DNA of 47,995 bases from an uncultured bacterium. GTDB taxonomy: Bacteria > Patescibacteriota > Minisyncoccia > Moranbacterales > UBA1568. The translations under genes and the position numbers were made by a program. The notes beneath the pieces are model-generated. The model was not told where the DNA came from. It saw nothing but the letters and a program-made list of their open reading frames with translations, and ran no database searches. Position 1 is the first letter of the stretch, and every line of letters begins with the position of its first letter. Positions 7,595-16,271 of the stretch are shown here, one piece after another. The stretch covers positions 1-47,995 of the forward strand of contig CALMHZ010000084.1 of assembly GCA_937864125.1 (NCBI GenBank), read 5' to 3'.

Positions 7595-7623
7595 TTGACG
7601 CATGCCTTTTTGAGCTTTACCAT
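7595..7623 (+). promoter_or_regulatory. possible promoter for CDS 7737..8339
   Basis: TTGACG (7595-7600), 17-nt spacer, TACCAT (7618-7623). This implies a leader of roughly 105 nt. Confidence 0.35.
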
Positions 7624-7692
7624 AGGAATACGGAGGTCGATCATTCCGAAAGCTATCGGAATGAATCAAAAGAGAAGCTTCAACGAAAGCAG

Positions 7693-7726
7693 TTCCTTTC
7701 CATAAATCATAACAGCTAGAAAGGAA
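7693..7726 (+). promoter_or_regulatory. anti-SD hairpin in the 5' leader
   Basis: TTCCTTTC (7693-7700) is the perfect complement of GAAAGGAA (7719-7726). The latter overlaps the AGGAAGG Shine-Dalgarno of the ATG at 7737. Confidence 0.4.
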
Positions 7727-7736
7727 GGTGACTCAT

Positions 7737-8339
7737 ATGGAAAATGAAGACATGGAATTTGAGGAAGGACCGGCTGATAGGACGAAGACATGGATCCAAG
7801 ATAACCTTCGCGTTATCGTCAGCGTATTCATCGTTCTGGCGATCGCGCTCGGCATCTATTCGTACTCCGATCGCAGCATGCCGATAGACGAAAGCACTCT
7901 GGCGGAAGACACGGCGTCTTCAGTTGATACGACTGAGGAAGAGAACACTGTCACAGGAAACGAGGAGGTGGCGGCTCAGCCCGATACCAAGCCCGCGAAA
8001 GAAAGCGTCGTGACCCCGGCCGAAACAAGTCGTGAAACCGAAACGGCATTTGCGGAAACTGCAGCACAGGGGGAAGGAATGACTCATCTCGCGAGAAAAG
8101 CGACGGCGCACTATCTCGAGAAAAACACCGACTCCTCGCTTACGGCCGAGCACAAGATATACATCGAAGACTATCTCCGCAAGGCAGTCGCGAATAAAGG
8201 CGGTGTCAAGGTGGGTACTTCCGTTGAATTCTCCAAAGAACTCATAGGACAAGCTATCGCGAAGTCGAAAACGCTCTCAGAAGGACAGTTGAAAAATCTG
8301 GAGCAGTATTCTTCTCGAGTAGCCGCGTTCAGAAAGTAG
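7737..8339 (+). CDS. single-pass membrane protein, unknown function
   Basis: ORF track starts at GTG 7728. The in-frame ATG at 7737 has AGGAAGG 8 nt upstream. The protein has a TM helix (VIVSVFIVLAIALGIYSY), an acidic linker and a conserved-looking C-terminal domain. Confidence 0.6.
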   Translation: MENEDMEFEEGPADRTKTWIQDNLRVIVSVFIVLAIALGIYSYSDRSMPIDESTLAEDTASSVDTTEEENTVTGNEEVAAQPDTKPAKESVVTPAETSRETETAFAETAAQGEGMTHLARKATAHYLEKNTDSSLTAEHKIYIEDYLRKAVANKGGVKVGTSVEFSKELIGQAIAKSKTLSEGQLKNLEQYSSRVAAFRK

Positions 8340-8379
8340 AGGCATACCGCGCAGGAACATTATGAAGTTCTTTCTATAA

Positions 8380-8411
8380 GCAAAAACCCTGCAACTGCAG
8401 GGTTTTTGCTT
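8380..8411. terminator. bidirectional intrinsic terminator
   Basis: GCAAAAACCCTGC-AACT-GCAGGGTTTTTGC followed by TTTTT. It sits between convergent genes 7737..8339 (+) and 8442..10955 (-). Confidence 0.8.
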
Positions 8412-8441
8412 TTTCTCGGGGAAAACTCTTCTCGCTTTCTG

Positions 8442-10955
8442 TTACAGCTTCTGTTCAGATCGTTGCAAAATCTCTCGATTGACGATAGCGGCATCCCGAC
8501 CGTAGCGAAGCCGCGACAATTCCTTGAAGGCATTCGCGACCTCCTGATTCCCCCCGGTCGGCGCGTTGGTCTTCATATTGAAGGGCTTGGTAAGTTCGTT
8601 ATTCACCAACAACCTGGTGAAGCAATTGAAGTTGTCCACATTCATAAGATCGTTTGCGGTGAATATGGGCGCGAATTGCTTTTCCAAGAAATCGGCATCT
8701 TCCGGACCTACGCGAAAACTTATCATCGATCCCACATTGCCGAACACCGCTTTCGAAACCTCATCCTTAAGTTGGCCGATGAACTGATGCGCGAGGATCA
8801 TATCCAGCTTATATTTTCGAGCTTCGGAAAGAATCTGGGCGATGGAATTCGTGGTGACATTCTGGAACTCATCCAGATAGAGATAAAAGTCTCGGCGATC
8901 CTCCTCGGGCGTATCGACCCGTGAGAGCCCCGCCATGAGAAGCTTTCCCACGATGACCATGCCGAGCAACCGCGCGTTGATTTCGCCGATCTTTCCTTTG
9001 GAAAGGTTGACGAGAAGTATCTTCCCCTCGTCCATGATCTCACGAAAGTTCAGCCCCGATTGCTGTTGCGCGATAATAGGCCGCATGATGTCATTCGATA
9101 TGAAAGTAGTAAGCTTTGAAGTGATATAAGGCACCATGTTCGCAAGCGCAGCTTCCCCTCCGGCTTTTTCAGCTTCTTTGAGCCAAAAATCACGGACTAT
9201 CGGATTTTTGCATTTCGAAAGCTTCAGTTTGCGGAAGCTCTCGTCCGCCAATACTTTGGAAATTTCCATGAGAGTCGATCCCGTTGACGGGTCATCCATG
9301 ATAAGCAGCATGGCGTTTCGCATATACTGCTCGAACATCGGTCCTCCGGTCGACTTCAGGTCATAGAGCTGATCGAAAATCCCGATCATCTCATTGATAA
9401 CGAAAGTCTTCTGTTCCGGGCGATTGACATCATACTCGAGCATATTAAGGCCGATCGGACGGCCTACATCCGACGGATCGAAAACGATGACATCATCGGC
9501 GCGCTCGCGGGGAATGGCCGAAAGCACATCCTCCACCAAGTCGCCGTGCGGATCAATGATACAGAAACCCTTGCCTTCTTTCGCATCGAGCTTCGCCATG
9601 TTCTGCAGGAAGACCGACTTTCCGGTCCCGGTCTGACCCACGACATACATGTGTCTCCGTCTGTCCTTATCGGTAATTCGTATGTCGGTTTTCACGCCCC
9701 GATAATCGCTATACCCCAAAAGGATGCCTTCTTTCGGAATATTCACCGGCGGCGGCGCGGCACCAGACTTGAGCCATTTTATCTTCGGCGTGCTCGTGAC
9801 CGAAATAGGGAAATGGAAGATGCTGGCGACTTCTTCCGCCGAAAGAAGCATTGCGCTTTCCTCATCAAAGTTCCGAAAAATATAATCGAATGCCGCCTGC
9901 TTGCTTTTCACTCGCCTTTTGACGCGAAGCGTATTCACATCCACATGCTCGAATTGAGTAAAGGCGTTCTCCAGCTGGGATAAGATCTCTTCCGCGCGCG
10001 ACTCCGTCTTTGCGGAAGTAAGAATCCGTATGTTCACTCGAAATGCCGGATTAGATGCCTTATTTTCAATGGATTTTATAAGTTCCTGCTCCTCAGGAGT
10101 AAGCGATACCACTTTTTCTTGCCCTTGAGCCTTCAAAGGATCCTTCTTGATATCGGTCACTCCTCCAGTCGCGTGAGAAAGCGCTTCTTTCCCAACTCCT
10201 TTCGCCACTTCTTTCAAGAAATTCGGCGCATCCGAAGAGACCTTGACCGCATCCTTGAGGCGCTTCCCTTGCTGCATGTGCTGAGAAATTTCTTTGGCAT
10301 GCTTCCGCCACCCGTTCCCATCGGTCGGGGCGAGCACTATCTGAATGGCGGCACCTTCGGTAGCCGAATCGAGCTTGCTCATCGCGGTCGCGAATTCATC
10401 GAGCGAATCCGTTCCGAAGGCATTATAGGTCCGCAAGGGAAGAGAAGGGCTTGCCTTGAGCTCCAGGGTCGCTATCGCCGATGCGCTCCCTGGAGAAAAA
10501 ATCGTATAATCTGAAATCTTTTCGATAACCGACTGCGGAAAGAAGCTTTGAATCTGTTTTTCGATCCCGTCGCGAAACTTCTTCGGCATGGAAAGAAAAA
10601 AGAATATTTCCTCGCTTCCGGCCGGTTGAGCCATCTCAAGAACCAGTGTCGGCGCCTCATAAAACCACCGGCTGATCGGACTCATGGTCCGCTTGAAAGA
10701 CGCGACCGCGCCAAGGAGTTTCTCCATCACCAATACCTCCTCCTTCCACGCTGTGGTAGACGCCTGTTCCCGATTCATCGGTTTCGCCACTCGGATAAGT
10801 TCGATATCCATGGCGATGGAGTGATTTACCTGGGATCGAAAGCGGAAAAATCCACGGATGAGCACCAAAGCACCGCTCAGAATCGCTAAAAATCCGAAGA
10901 AGATCGAGACGGGAATAAGAATGCTGTTGAGATCGAAGACGCCCGATTCACCCAT
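8442..10955 (-). CDS. membrane-anchored P-loop ATPase, type IV coupling protein (TrwB/TraD/VirD4)-like
   Basis: 837 aa with an N-terminal TM helix. Walker A region HMYVVGQTGTGKSVFLQNMAKLDAKEGKGFCIIDPHGDLVEDV, as I recall for TrwB-type T4CPs. Walker B-like FYLYLDEFQNV. Confidence 0.7.
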   Translation of the reverse strand: MGESGVFDLNSILIPVSIFFGFLAILSGALVLIRGFFRFRSQVNHSIAMDIELIRVAKPMNREQASTTAWKEEVLVMEKLLGAVASFKRTMSPISRWFYEAPTLVLEMAQPAGSEEIFFFLSMPKKFRDGIEKQIQSFFPQSVIEKISDYTIFSPGSASAIATLELKASPSLPLRTYNAFGTDSLDEFATAMSKLDSATEGAAIQIVLAPTDGNGWRKHAKEISQHMQQGKRLKDAVKVSSDAPNFLKEVAKGVGKEALSHATGGVTDIKKDPLKAQGQEKVVSLTPEEQELIKSIENKASNPAFRVNIRILTSAKTESRAEEILSQLENAFTQFEHVDVNTLRVKRRVKSKQAAFDYIFRNFDEESAMLLSAEEVASIFHFPISVTSTPKIKWLKSGAAPPPVNIPKEGILLGYSDYRGVKTDIRITDKDRRRHMYVVGQTGTGKSVFLQNMAKLDAKEGKGFCIIDPHGDLVEDVLSAIPRERADDVIVFDPSDVGRPIGLNMLEYDVNRPEQKTFVINEMIGIFDQLYDLKSTGGPMFEQYMRNAMLLIMDDPSTGSTLMEISKVLADESFRKLKLSKCKNPIVRDFWLKEAEKAGGEAALANMVPYITSKLTTFISNDIMRPIIAQQQSGLNFREIMDEGKILLVNLSKGKIGEINARLLGMVIVGKLLMAGLSRVDTPEEDRRDFYLYLDEFQNVTTNSIAQILSEARKYKLDMILAHQFIGQLKDEVSKAVFGNVGSMISFRVGPEDADFLEKQFAPIFTANDLMNVDNFNCFTRLLVNNELTKPFNMKTNAPTGGNQEVANAFKELSRLRYGRDAAIVNREILQRSEQKL

Positions 10956-10996
10956 ATATGTTTTATATTTTTTTAGTAAGGAAAAAAATTTTCGAC

Positions 10997-11419
10997 CTAT
11001 TCATCGTGAAGCAGCCCCCTCGCTTTCAACGCATCATAGAATTTTTCCGCGAGCTCATCGTGCATGCGATCGAGCACATAGAAATCATTGAGGTGCACGG
11101 CCACCTTCACCGCATGTTCCACTCCTTTGGTTTCCGCCAGGGAAAGAAGCTGCGTCACCCGTGCCCCGGCATCCGTTTCGGCATATACATTTTTCGCGTC
11201 GTTCGCGGCTCCCTCAGAAGAAACCGTTCCTCCCGAAAGAGCTGGTTTCACCTGGGACAATATGGCGTTATATTTTTCTTTGGCCGATTCCTTGGCTGTT
11301 TCCGGCGACTTCTCAAAACCGGAAAATGGCGACTCTTTTTTTATTTGTTCGCCGCTACGGATTTCCACGGAGCTTTCGCCTTTCTCCTCGCTTGCGGCCA
11401 CAGGCAGTTCTTCTGGCAT
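10997..11419 (-). CDS. hypothetical acidic protein (140 aa)
   Basis: ORF packed between the giant gene (15-nt gap) and the ATPase (41-nt gap). No motif recognised. Confidence 0.55.
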   Translation of the reverse strand: MPEELPVAASEEKGESSVEIRSGEQIKKESPFSGFEKSPETAKESAKEKYNAILSQVKPALSGGTVSSEGAANDAKNVYAETDAGARVTQLLSLAETKGVEHAVKVAVHLNDFYVLDRMHDELAEKFYDALKARGLLHDE

Positions 11420-11434
11420 AAGAGTACTGTTACA

Positions 11435-14400
11435 TTAAAAACCTTTTATCTTCACCTTAAGCTGAAGCGCGATCGTCGCCATTCTCCGAGTATACTCATT
11501 GACCGTTTCGCCTGCAGCGACCATCGACATGCCTTTCCCCTCACGCTCTCCGAGCTTCGCCATGAATGCCTTTTGAGTCGCCTCACGAAACTCCGAAAGA
11601 TTTCGCAACTGGCTTTCATGGAGCTCGGACGGCTCTCCATACTCGTAGCTCTCAAGGGCTTTCCCCATCTCAACTTTCCCGAGATTGGAACGGGCATAAT
11701 CATATTCGGGCGCGCCTTTCGTTTCGGGAGTCTGAAAAATAGCGAGGCGATAGCTCCCGATCTCTTTTTTGAGAGGCTCAAGCATTTCCGGATGCTCACG
11801 GACGAAGGCCTTGGTATCTCCCAGTTCCGGGGCCACTGTTTCCTTTTCAAGGTCGGCGACCCTGTTCTCGCTTGCTTCTTCCGCGGGTACCGATTCGCCA
11901 AGCTGCTCCGCGTCTTCAGGGAAAGCGCTCAGAGGGGAAAGCTCCTCGGCAGGAAGGGGAGAAAGGGTAGGTTTTGTTGCGGGTTGAGAAATAGATTCTT
12001 GAGAAATATCTGCTTTTTCTGCCACTATACTCTCTGCGGATACGAGAGAAGAATTATCCGCAGCCAGCTCCTGTTCCGGTTCATCGGAGAGCTTTTCTAC
12101 AAGCCTTTCGAGTCCCTGCTCATCCGCCAAGCCTTCCGCTTCTTTGTCCAGAGAGGAGTCTTCCACTCCGATCGCATTGGCGGAAAGTCCTTGTCCGAAT
12201 GCCACCTCGGGGCGCGGATCAGTGGTGGAAAGCGTCGCCTCCGATGCCGCCTCATCCCATGATCGAGATACTTCCGTAGGAGCTTCTTCTGGAAGACCGC
12301 CTTCGGCTGGTTCAGGAGGCGGGACTTCCAAGACATCCTGGGGAGAAACCTTGTCCCAATCGCTCGATATTTCAGCAGTGACAGAAGAGCTCGGGGGAAG
12401 AGATGCCCCCTCATCGGTGGTATACAGTATGGGGGAAATTTCATACATCAGATCTTTCGGTTCGACTTCTCCTGGGGAAATCGCGAGGCGCTCGGCGGCA
12501 AGTTCCGACGCCGCCCTTAAAGCTGCCCCGCACAACGCGAACCCCGCGGCGATAGCGGCTCCTTTCAGAACCTGTTTCCGAACATAGCTCTTTTCTTTCG
12601 CGCTTATGTCTTCCTCAAGAGCTCCAAGGAGCCTTTCAAGACGCTCTTTTACTTTTTCATCTCGCTTCTCCAAGCCCGTATTCTTCTCTGAAGCATAGAA
12701 CGCGACGACCGCTTCCGCGCGGGAAACGCGCTGAAGCAGGTCATACTGATGCCATAATCGCTCCTTGTGTGAACCACCGAAATCGACGAGTCCCTTCTCT
12801 ATTTTTGTTCTCGTATACTCGATACGGGTTTTGAGTGAATGGGCCGCTTTTTCTTGAGCAGATTCGTCCCCTTCCTCGACCCTCTTTATGAGGAGTTCAA
12901 GTTTCTGAGACAGGCTTTCGGCCGAATTGAAATTTTTCGCTTCCCGACTCTCATCTTTTATTCCTTTCCGAGCTTCTTTCTCCCGCTTACGAAGTTCTTC
13001 TTGGGCGCGTTTTTCTGCCAAAAATCCGCCCATGACAGAAGAGACGACCGGCGCAACCGCCCATCCCAAGCCCCCGACAAGAAGCGTCTTCCCGAGATAG
13101 CCGGCACCCGCGTACAGCCCCCGCTCCGTCGCGACGGACAGGAGGATGCTTTTCCACGCATCCTCATCCTTGAAGTGCTCCAACTGTTTTTCGAGCTCCG
13201 GATTATTCTGAACAAACTGCATCATCTGCACCTGCCGGTCGATATCATTCATCGAGAACAGCGAATCGACCTTCCCCGAAGACCGCTCCTGCAAAGCATC
13301 AAAAAGCCTTTTTCGTGAAATATCATACTTCGCTTTCGCGCTTTCATATTGTTTCCGCTCATGCGGAGCGGCGGTCCCAAGAGACCACTCGTAGGGAATC
13401 CGGGCGAAGGCATTGGCGACGCTGTTGAATTGCTTCGCCACCTGTGGCTCAGGCAAGGAAGCATCCAGCCCTGACGCGAATTGGATCTCGAGCGTTTTTC
13501 CATCCTTCCCGAGCTCCACTTCAGGGCCTTTCTCCCGCATGCCACGAACGAGTTGGGTCAAGACTTCGCCATGCACGGATTTTCCTCCCCGCATCATCAT
13601 CGCGGCAGTTTGTTTTTCCGCTTTCGCGATCTGGTATCGTTTAGAAACGGATTTCCATAGGCGGCCCCACAACCCAGACTCCTGCCGCTCTTGATCAGTT
13701 TTCCTTTCGGCTTCCTCTTGTATCCTCCCGACGGTCAATTGCTGGAGGTTCTCAAATACGAGAAGCTGTTGCCCTTCCGAAAGATCGGCAAATCCTTCGA
13801 TGCTCTGTAGGTACTCTGCGGAGAGCCGCATCGTGGCAAATTTCTCTCGAACACCCGCGGCTATCGTTTCATTTTCTTCTGATTTCTTGCTGCCCTCTTT
13901 CTGCCCCAAGGCGCTGCCTGCTTGCGATTCCAGATTGTGCGGCCGGGATTCCTTAATCGCAATTTCTTCAAGATCACGCTCGATTTCGTCCCGACGACCC
14001 TTTAGGAGATCGAACGATCTTCGCAATTGGCCGGCACGAGCTTCCATATTCTCATAGTGTTTCCTGTCATCCTCCTCTTCCTTGCGAAGGTTCTCCAAGG
14101 TCTTTTTTTTGGATGCCTCACTCGTAAACAATCCGATAAGCCGACCACCGAAATTGTTCTCCTGATATTCCCTGGTAGCGGCAGCTTCTTCCCAGTGCTT
14201 TTTCGCTTCCAAAACATCATCTTCATATTGAGCCAAAATCTCGGCGCTCTCTCCTATTTCCGCAAGGACTCCCCGCAAGGCTTGCTTGAGTTCCGCTTTT
14301 TTTTGTTCCAAAGCCTGTCTCAGTTCTTCTTTTTTTCCTTCCTCAGAATGAAGGGGCCGCCACGATGGGTCGCCACGGCGATGCATAACCGCCGGCATAT

Positions 14401-16177
14401 CCTCAGTCTCCGCATTTTCGCCAGCACTCATCCCCTTATGTTCAAGTGATCCGGGCGCCTCAGATTCTCCTCCTTCATCGGTAAGCGGAGTCACTGGCAT
14501 TTCAGCCAGTGTCTTCTTCGTCGCTTTTTGAGGAAGATCGACACTTGATAATTTCTGCACAGCCTCTCCACCAACGGTTTCTTGGCCCAAAGCACGATCA
14601 GTATCCTGGGCAAAAGATACTTTTTTCCCTTGCGCATGTCGCCTGCTTCCGATGATATACGGGGTTTCTTGTGCCGCAGCTTCGGCCGTGGCTTTCATAT
14701 CCTTTTCGAGAGCTGCTAATTCCTTCTTTCCCAAATCGTAAGGATTTCTTATATCAGAAACATCCATCATCTTCGCGCCGAGGTCTTCCCCGGTTTCCCG
14801 AGCATCCTTTTGGGAAACCAGAGGAGACTCCTCGCCACTGGTCGCTTCTTCTCTTTCCTTTACAACCGGTGTCGGAGCCACGGGCGCGCTCTTCAATGAC
14901 TTTTTAGGAACTGAGTTTTTAGGAGCCGATGGTTTTTTATCGGAGGCGCCTTTTGTCTTTTTTCCAATAGGCAAAATAGGGTCCAAAAGCCCCTTATGTG
15001 TTTCGTCGCCTGTTTCATCCTCCGAAGATTTTTTTTGCGGCGCTTCTTCGGCTTCTGCTTGCCCAGCTTGTTCTGTGACCCGCTCCCCTGTTTGCTCTTC
15101 TCTTTGTACTTCCCCTTGTTCCTGATTCGGCTCCAAAGACTGCGGATCCTCCCTTAACCGCATCGTCCTTTCTTCCCTTTCCGCCATCGGAAGAGGCGAC
15201 TCCTGCAGTTCTTCTCGATGCTCGCCTTCGGAATTTCGTCCTGAATCCGAATCAGGGTTTTCCGATATCCGCGGTTCTCGGGATACCTCCTCCGGGAGGG
15301 AGGCAGGTGCCGATGTTTCGGAGATGTCGATTTTCTTCACCAAAGGAGAGGCTGCGACTCCCGCCCCTTCTTTCGTCTCTCGCTTCGCATTCTTCCTTTT
15401 TTTTTCCTCGGACGCCACCTTTTCCAGTAACACTCGAACTTTTTTATCAAGGAGGACTGCCTCTTCAGCTGATATTTCGGAATCGGGATTTTTCATCAGC
15501 TCATCCAGCTCACTCTCCACACGCTCTTTCAACTTATTCAATTTTTTCGCGCCGATTTCGGAATTGTACCTATTGAGGATAGCGGCCTCAATTTTCGCGT
15601 CCAAAAAACGAAGCTTTTTTTCCGTATCCGCTCGGAATGCTCCCCCATCATGAACATGATCAGGGGAAGAAAGGCCCTCCGCATGAGTTTCCGTCGCAGG
15701 CGCGATTTCAGGCTCTCGCGCCGAATCCGACTCAGGGTTTTCGGGAGATGGGACTAGTGTCTTCTCTCCTCCCTTGGCTTCAGTTGTGCGAAGTTCGGTC
15801 ATTTTTTTGAATAATGCTTCCCCTAACTGGTCATTTACTGCGCTGATAGACTTTCGGATCGAGATTTCCTCGCTGAACTCTTCCAGCACCGCCTTTTCCT
15901 CGGTAGAGAGCTCGCTCATCCTCAGCAAAGATGCCTCACTCACGAACTTTCCTTGCCATGACGAAGATTTTTTCTTGCCAGAGCGTTTCTCGGATCGTTC
16001 GCGCGGTACGAGGTACTCTTTTTTGAGTTTCAGCAGTTCATCGTACTCCGCATTCTCGATTCGATGCTGCCACTCAAGCCTTAAGATGTCAAAATTCATC
16101 TGAAGCTTCTCAACCACCCCCTCCGGCGTGACGGCGTGCGGCGGAACTTCAAGGGCGAGGTTCGACTTCATATGCAT
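11435..16177 (-). CDS. giant (1580 aa) acidic, coiled-coil/disordered membrane protein
   Basis: Uninterrupted 4.7-kb ORF, very E/K/A/S-rich. Hydrophobic segments are encoded at about 13016-13120 (GLYAGAGYLGKTLLVGGLGWAVAPVVSSVMGGFLA) and about 12509-12562 (GAAIAAGFALCGAALRAA). No catalytic motif recognised. Confidence 0.7.
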   Translation of the reverse strand: MHMKSNLALEVPPHAVTPEGVVEKLQMNFDILRLEWQHRIENAEYDELLKLKKEYLVPRERSEKRSGKKKSSSWQGKFVSEASLLRMSELSTEEKAVLEEFSEEISIRKSISAVNDQLGEALFKKMTELRTTEAKGGEKTLVPSPENPESDSAREPEIAPATETHAEGLSSPDHVHDGGAFRADTEKKLRFLDAKIEAAILNRYNSEIGAKKLNKLKERVESELDELMKNPDSEISAEEAVLLDKKVRVLLEKVASEEKKRKNAKRETKEGAGVAASPLVKKIDISETSAPASLPEEVSREPRISENPDSDSGRNSEGEHREELQESPLPMAEREERTMRLREDPQSLEPNQEQGEVQREEQTGERVTEQAGQAEAEEAPQKKSSEDETGDETHKGLLDPILPIGKKTKGASDKKPSAPKNSVPKKSLKSAPVAPTPVVKEREEATSGEESPLVSQKDARETGEDLGAKMMDVSDIRNPYDLGKKELAALEKDMKATAEAAAQETPYIIGSRRHAQGKKVSFAQDTDRALGQETVGGEAVQKLSSVDLPQKATKKTLAEMPVTPLTDEGGESEAPGSLEHKGMSAGENAETEDMPAVMHRRGDPSWRPLHSEEGKKEELRQALEQKKAELKQALRGVLAEIGESAEILAQYEDDVLEAKKHWEEAAATREYQENNFGGRLIGLFTSEASKKKTLENLRKEEEDDRKHYENMEARAGQLRRSFDLLKGRRDEIERDLEEIAIKESRPHNLESQAGSALGQKEGSKKSEENETIAAGVREKFATMRLSAEYLQSIEGFADLSEGQQLLVFENLQQLTVGRIQEEAERKTDQERQESGLWGRLWKSVSKRYQIAKAEKQTAAMMMRGGKSVHGEVLTQLVRGMREKGPEVELGKDGKTLEIQFASGLDASLPEPQVAKQFNSVANAFARIPYEWSLGTAAPHERKQYESAKAKYDISRKRLFDALQERSSGKVDSLFSMNDIDRQVQMMQFVQNNPELEKQLEHFKDEDAWKSILLSVATERGLYAGAGYLGKTLLVGGLGWAVAPVVSSVMGGFLAEKRAQEELRKREKEARKGIKDESREAKNFNSAESLSQKLELLIKRVEEGDESAQEKAAHSLKTRIEYTRTKIEKGLVDFGGSHKERLWHQYDLLQRVSRAEAVVAFYASEKNTGLEKRDEKVKERLERLLGALEEDISAKEKSYVRKQVLKGAAIAAGFALCGAALRAASELAAERLAISPGEVEPKDLMYEISPILYTTDEGASLPPSSSVTAEISSDWDKVSPQDVLEVPPPEPAEGGLPEEAPTEVSRSWDEAASEATLSTTDPRPEVAFGQGLSANAIGVEDSSLDKEAEGLADEQGLERLVEKLSDEPEQELAADNSSLVSAESIVAEKADISQESISQPATKPTLSPLPAEELSPLSAFPEDAEQLGESVPAEEASENRVADLEKETVAPELGDTKAFVREHPEMLEPLKKEIGSYRLAIFQTPETKGAPEYDYARSNLGKVEMGKALESYEYGEPSELHESQLRNLSEFREATQKAFMAKLGEREGKGMSMVAAGETVNEYTRRMATIALQLKVKIKGF

Positions 16178-16230
16178 TGTCGGAATCAGAAATCATCATG
16201 ATATTTTTCTCTCTTCTCTCTTCTATTCTA

Positions 16231-16246
16231 TGGTATAATTTTATCA
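16231..16246. promoter_or_regulatory. back-to-back overlapping extended -10 elements (divergent promoters)
   Basis: Plus strand TGGTATAAT (16231-16239) faces the GT39 gene. Minus strand TGATAAAAT (16246-16238) faces the giant-protein operon. The -35 elements are poor. Confidence 0.4.
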
Positions 16247-16271
16247 TACTCTCTAAAAACAAAAAAGTGTT

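Noticed and set aside
7255-7719. 154-aa ORF in the AT-rich spacer.
   Set aside because: It has no SD and an odd composition (N/K/I/S/F-rich from AT bias). It spans predicted promoter and leader elements, so it is treated as non-coding.
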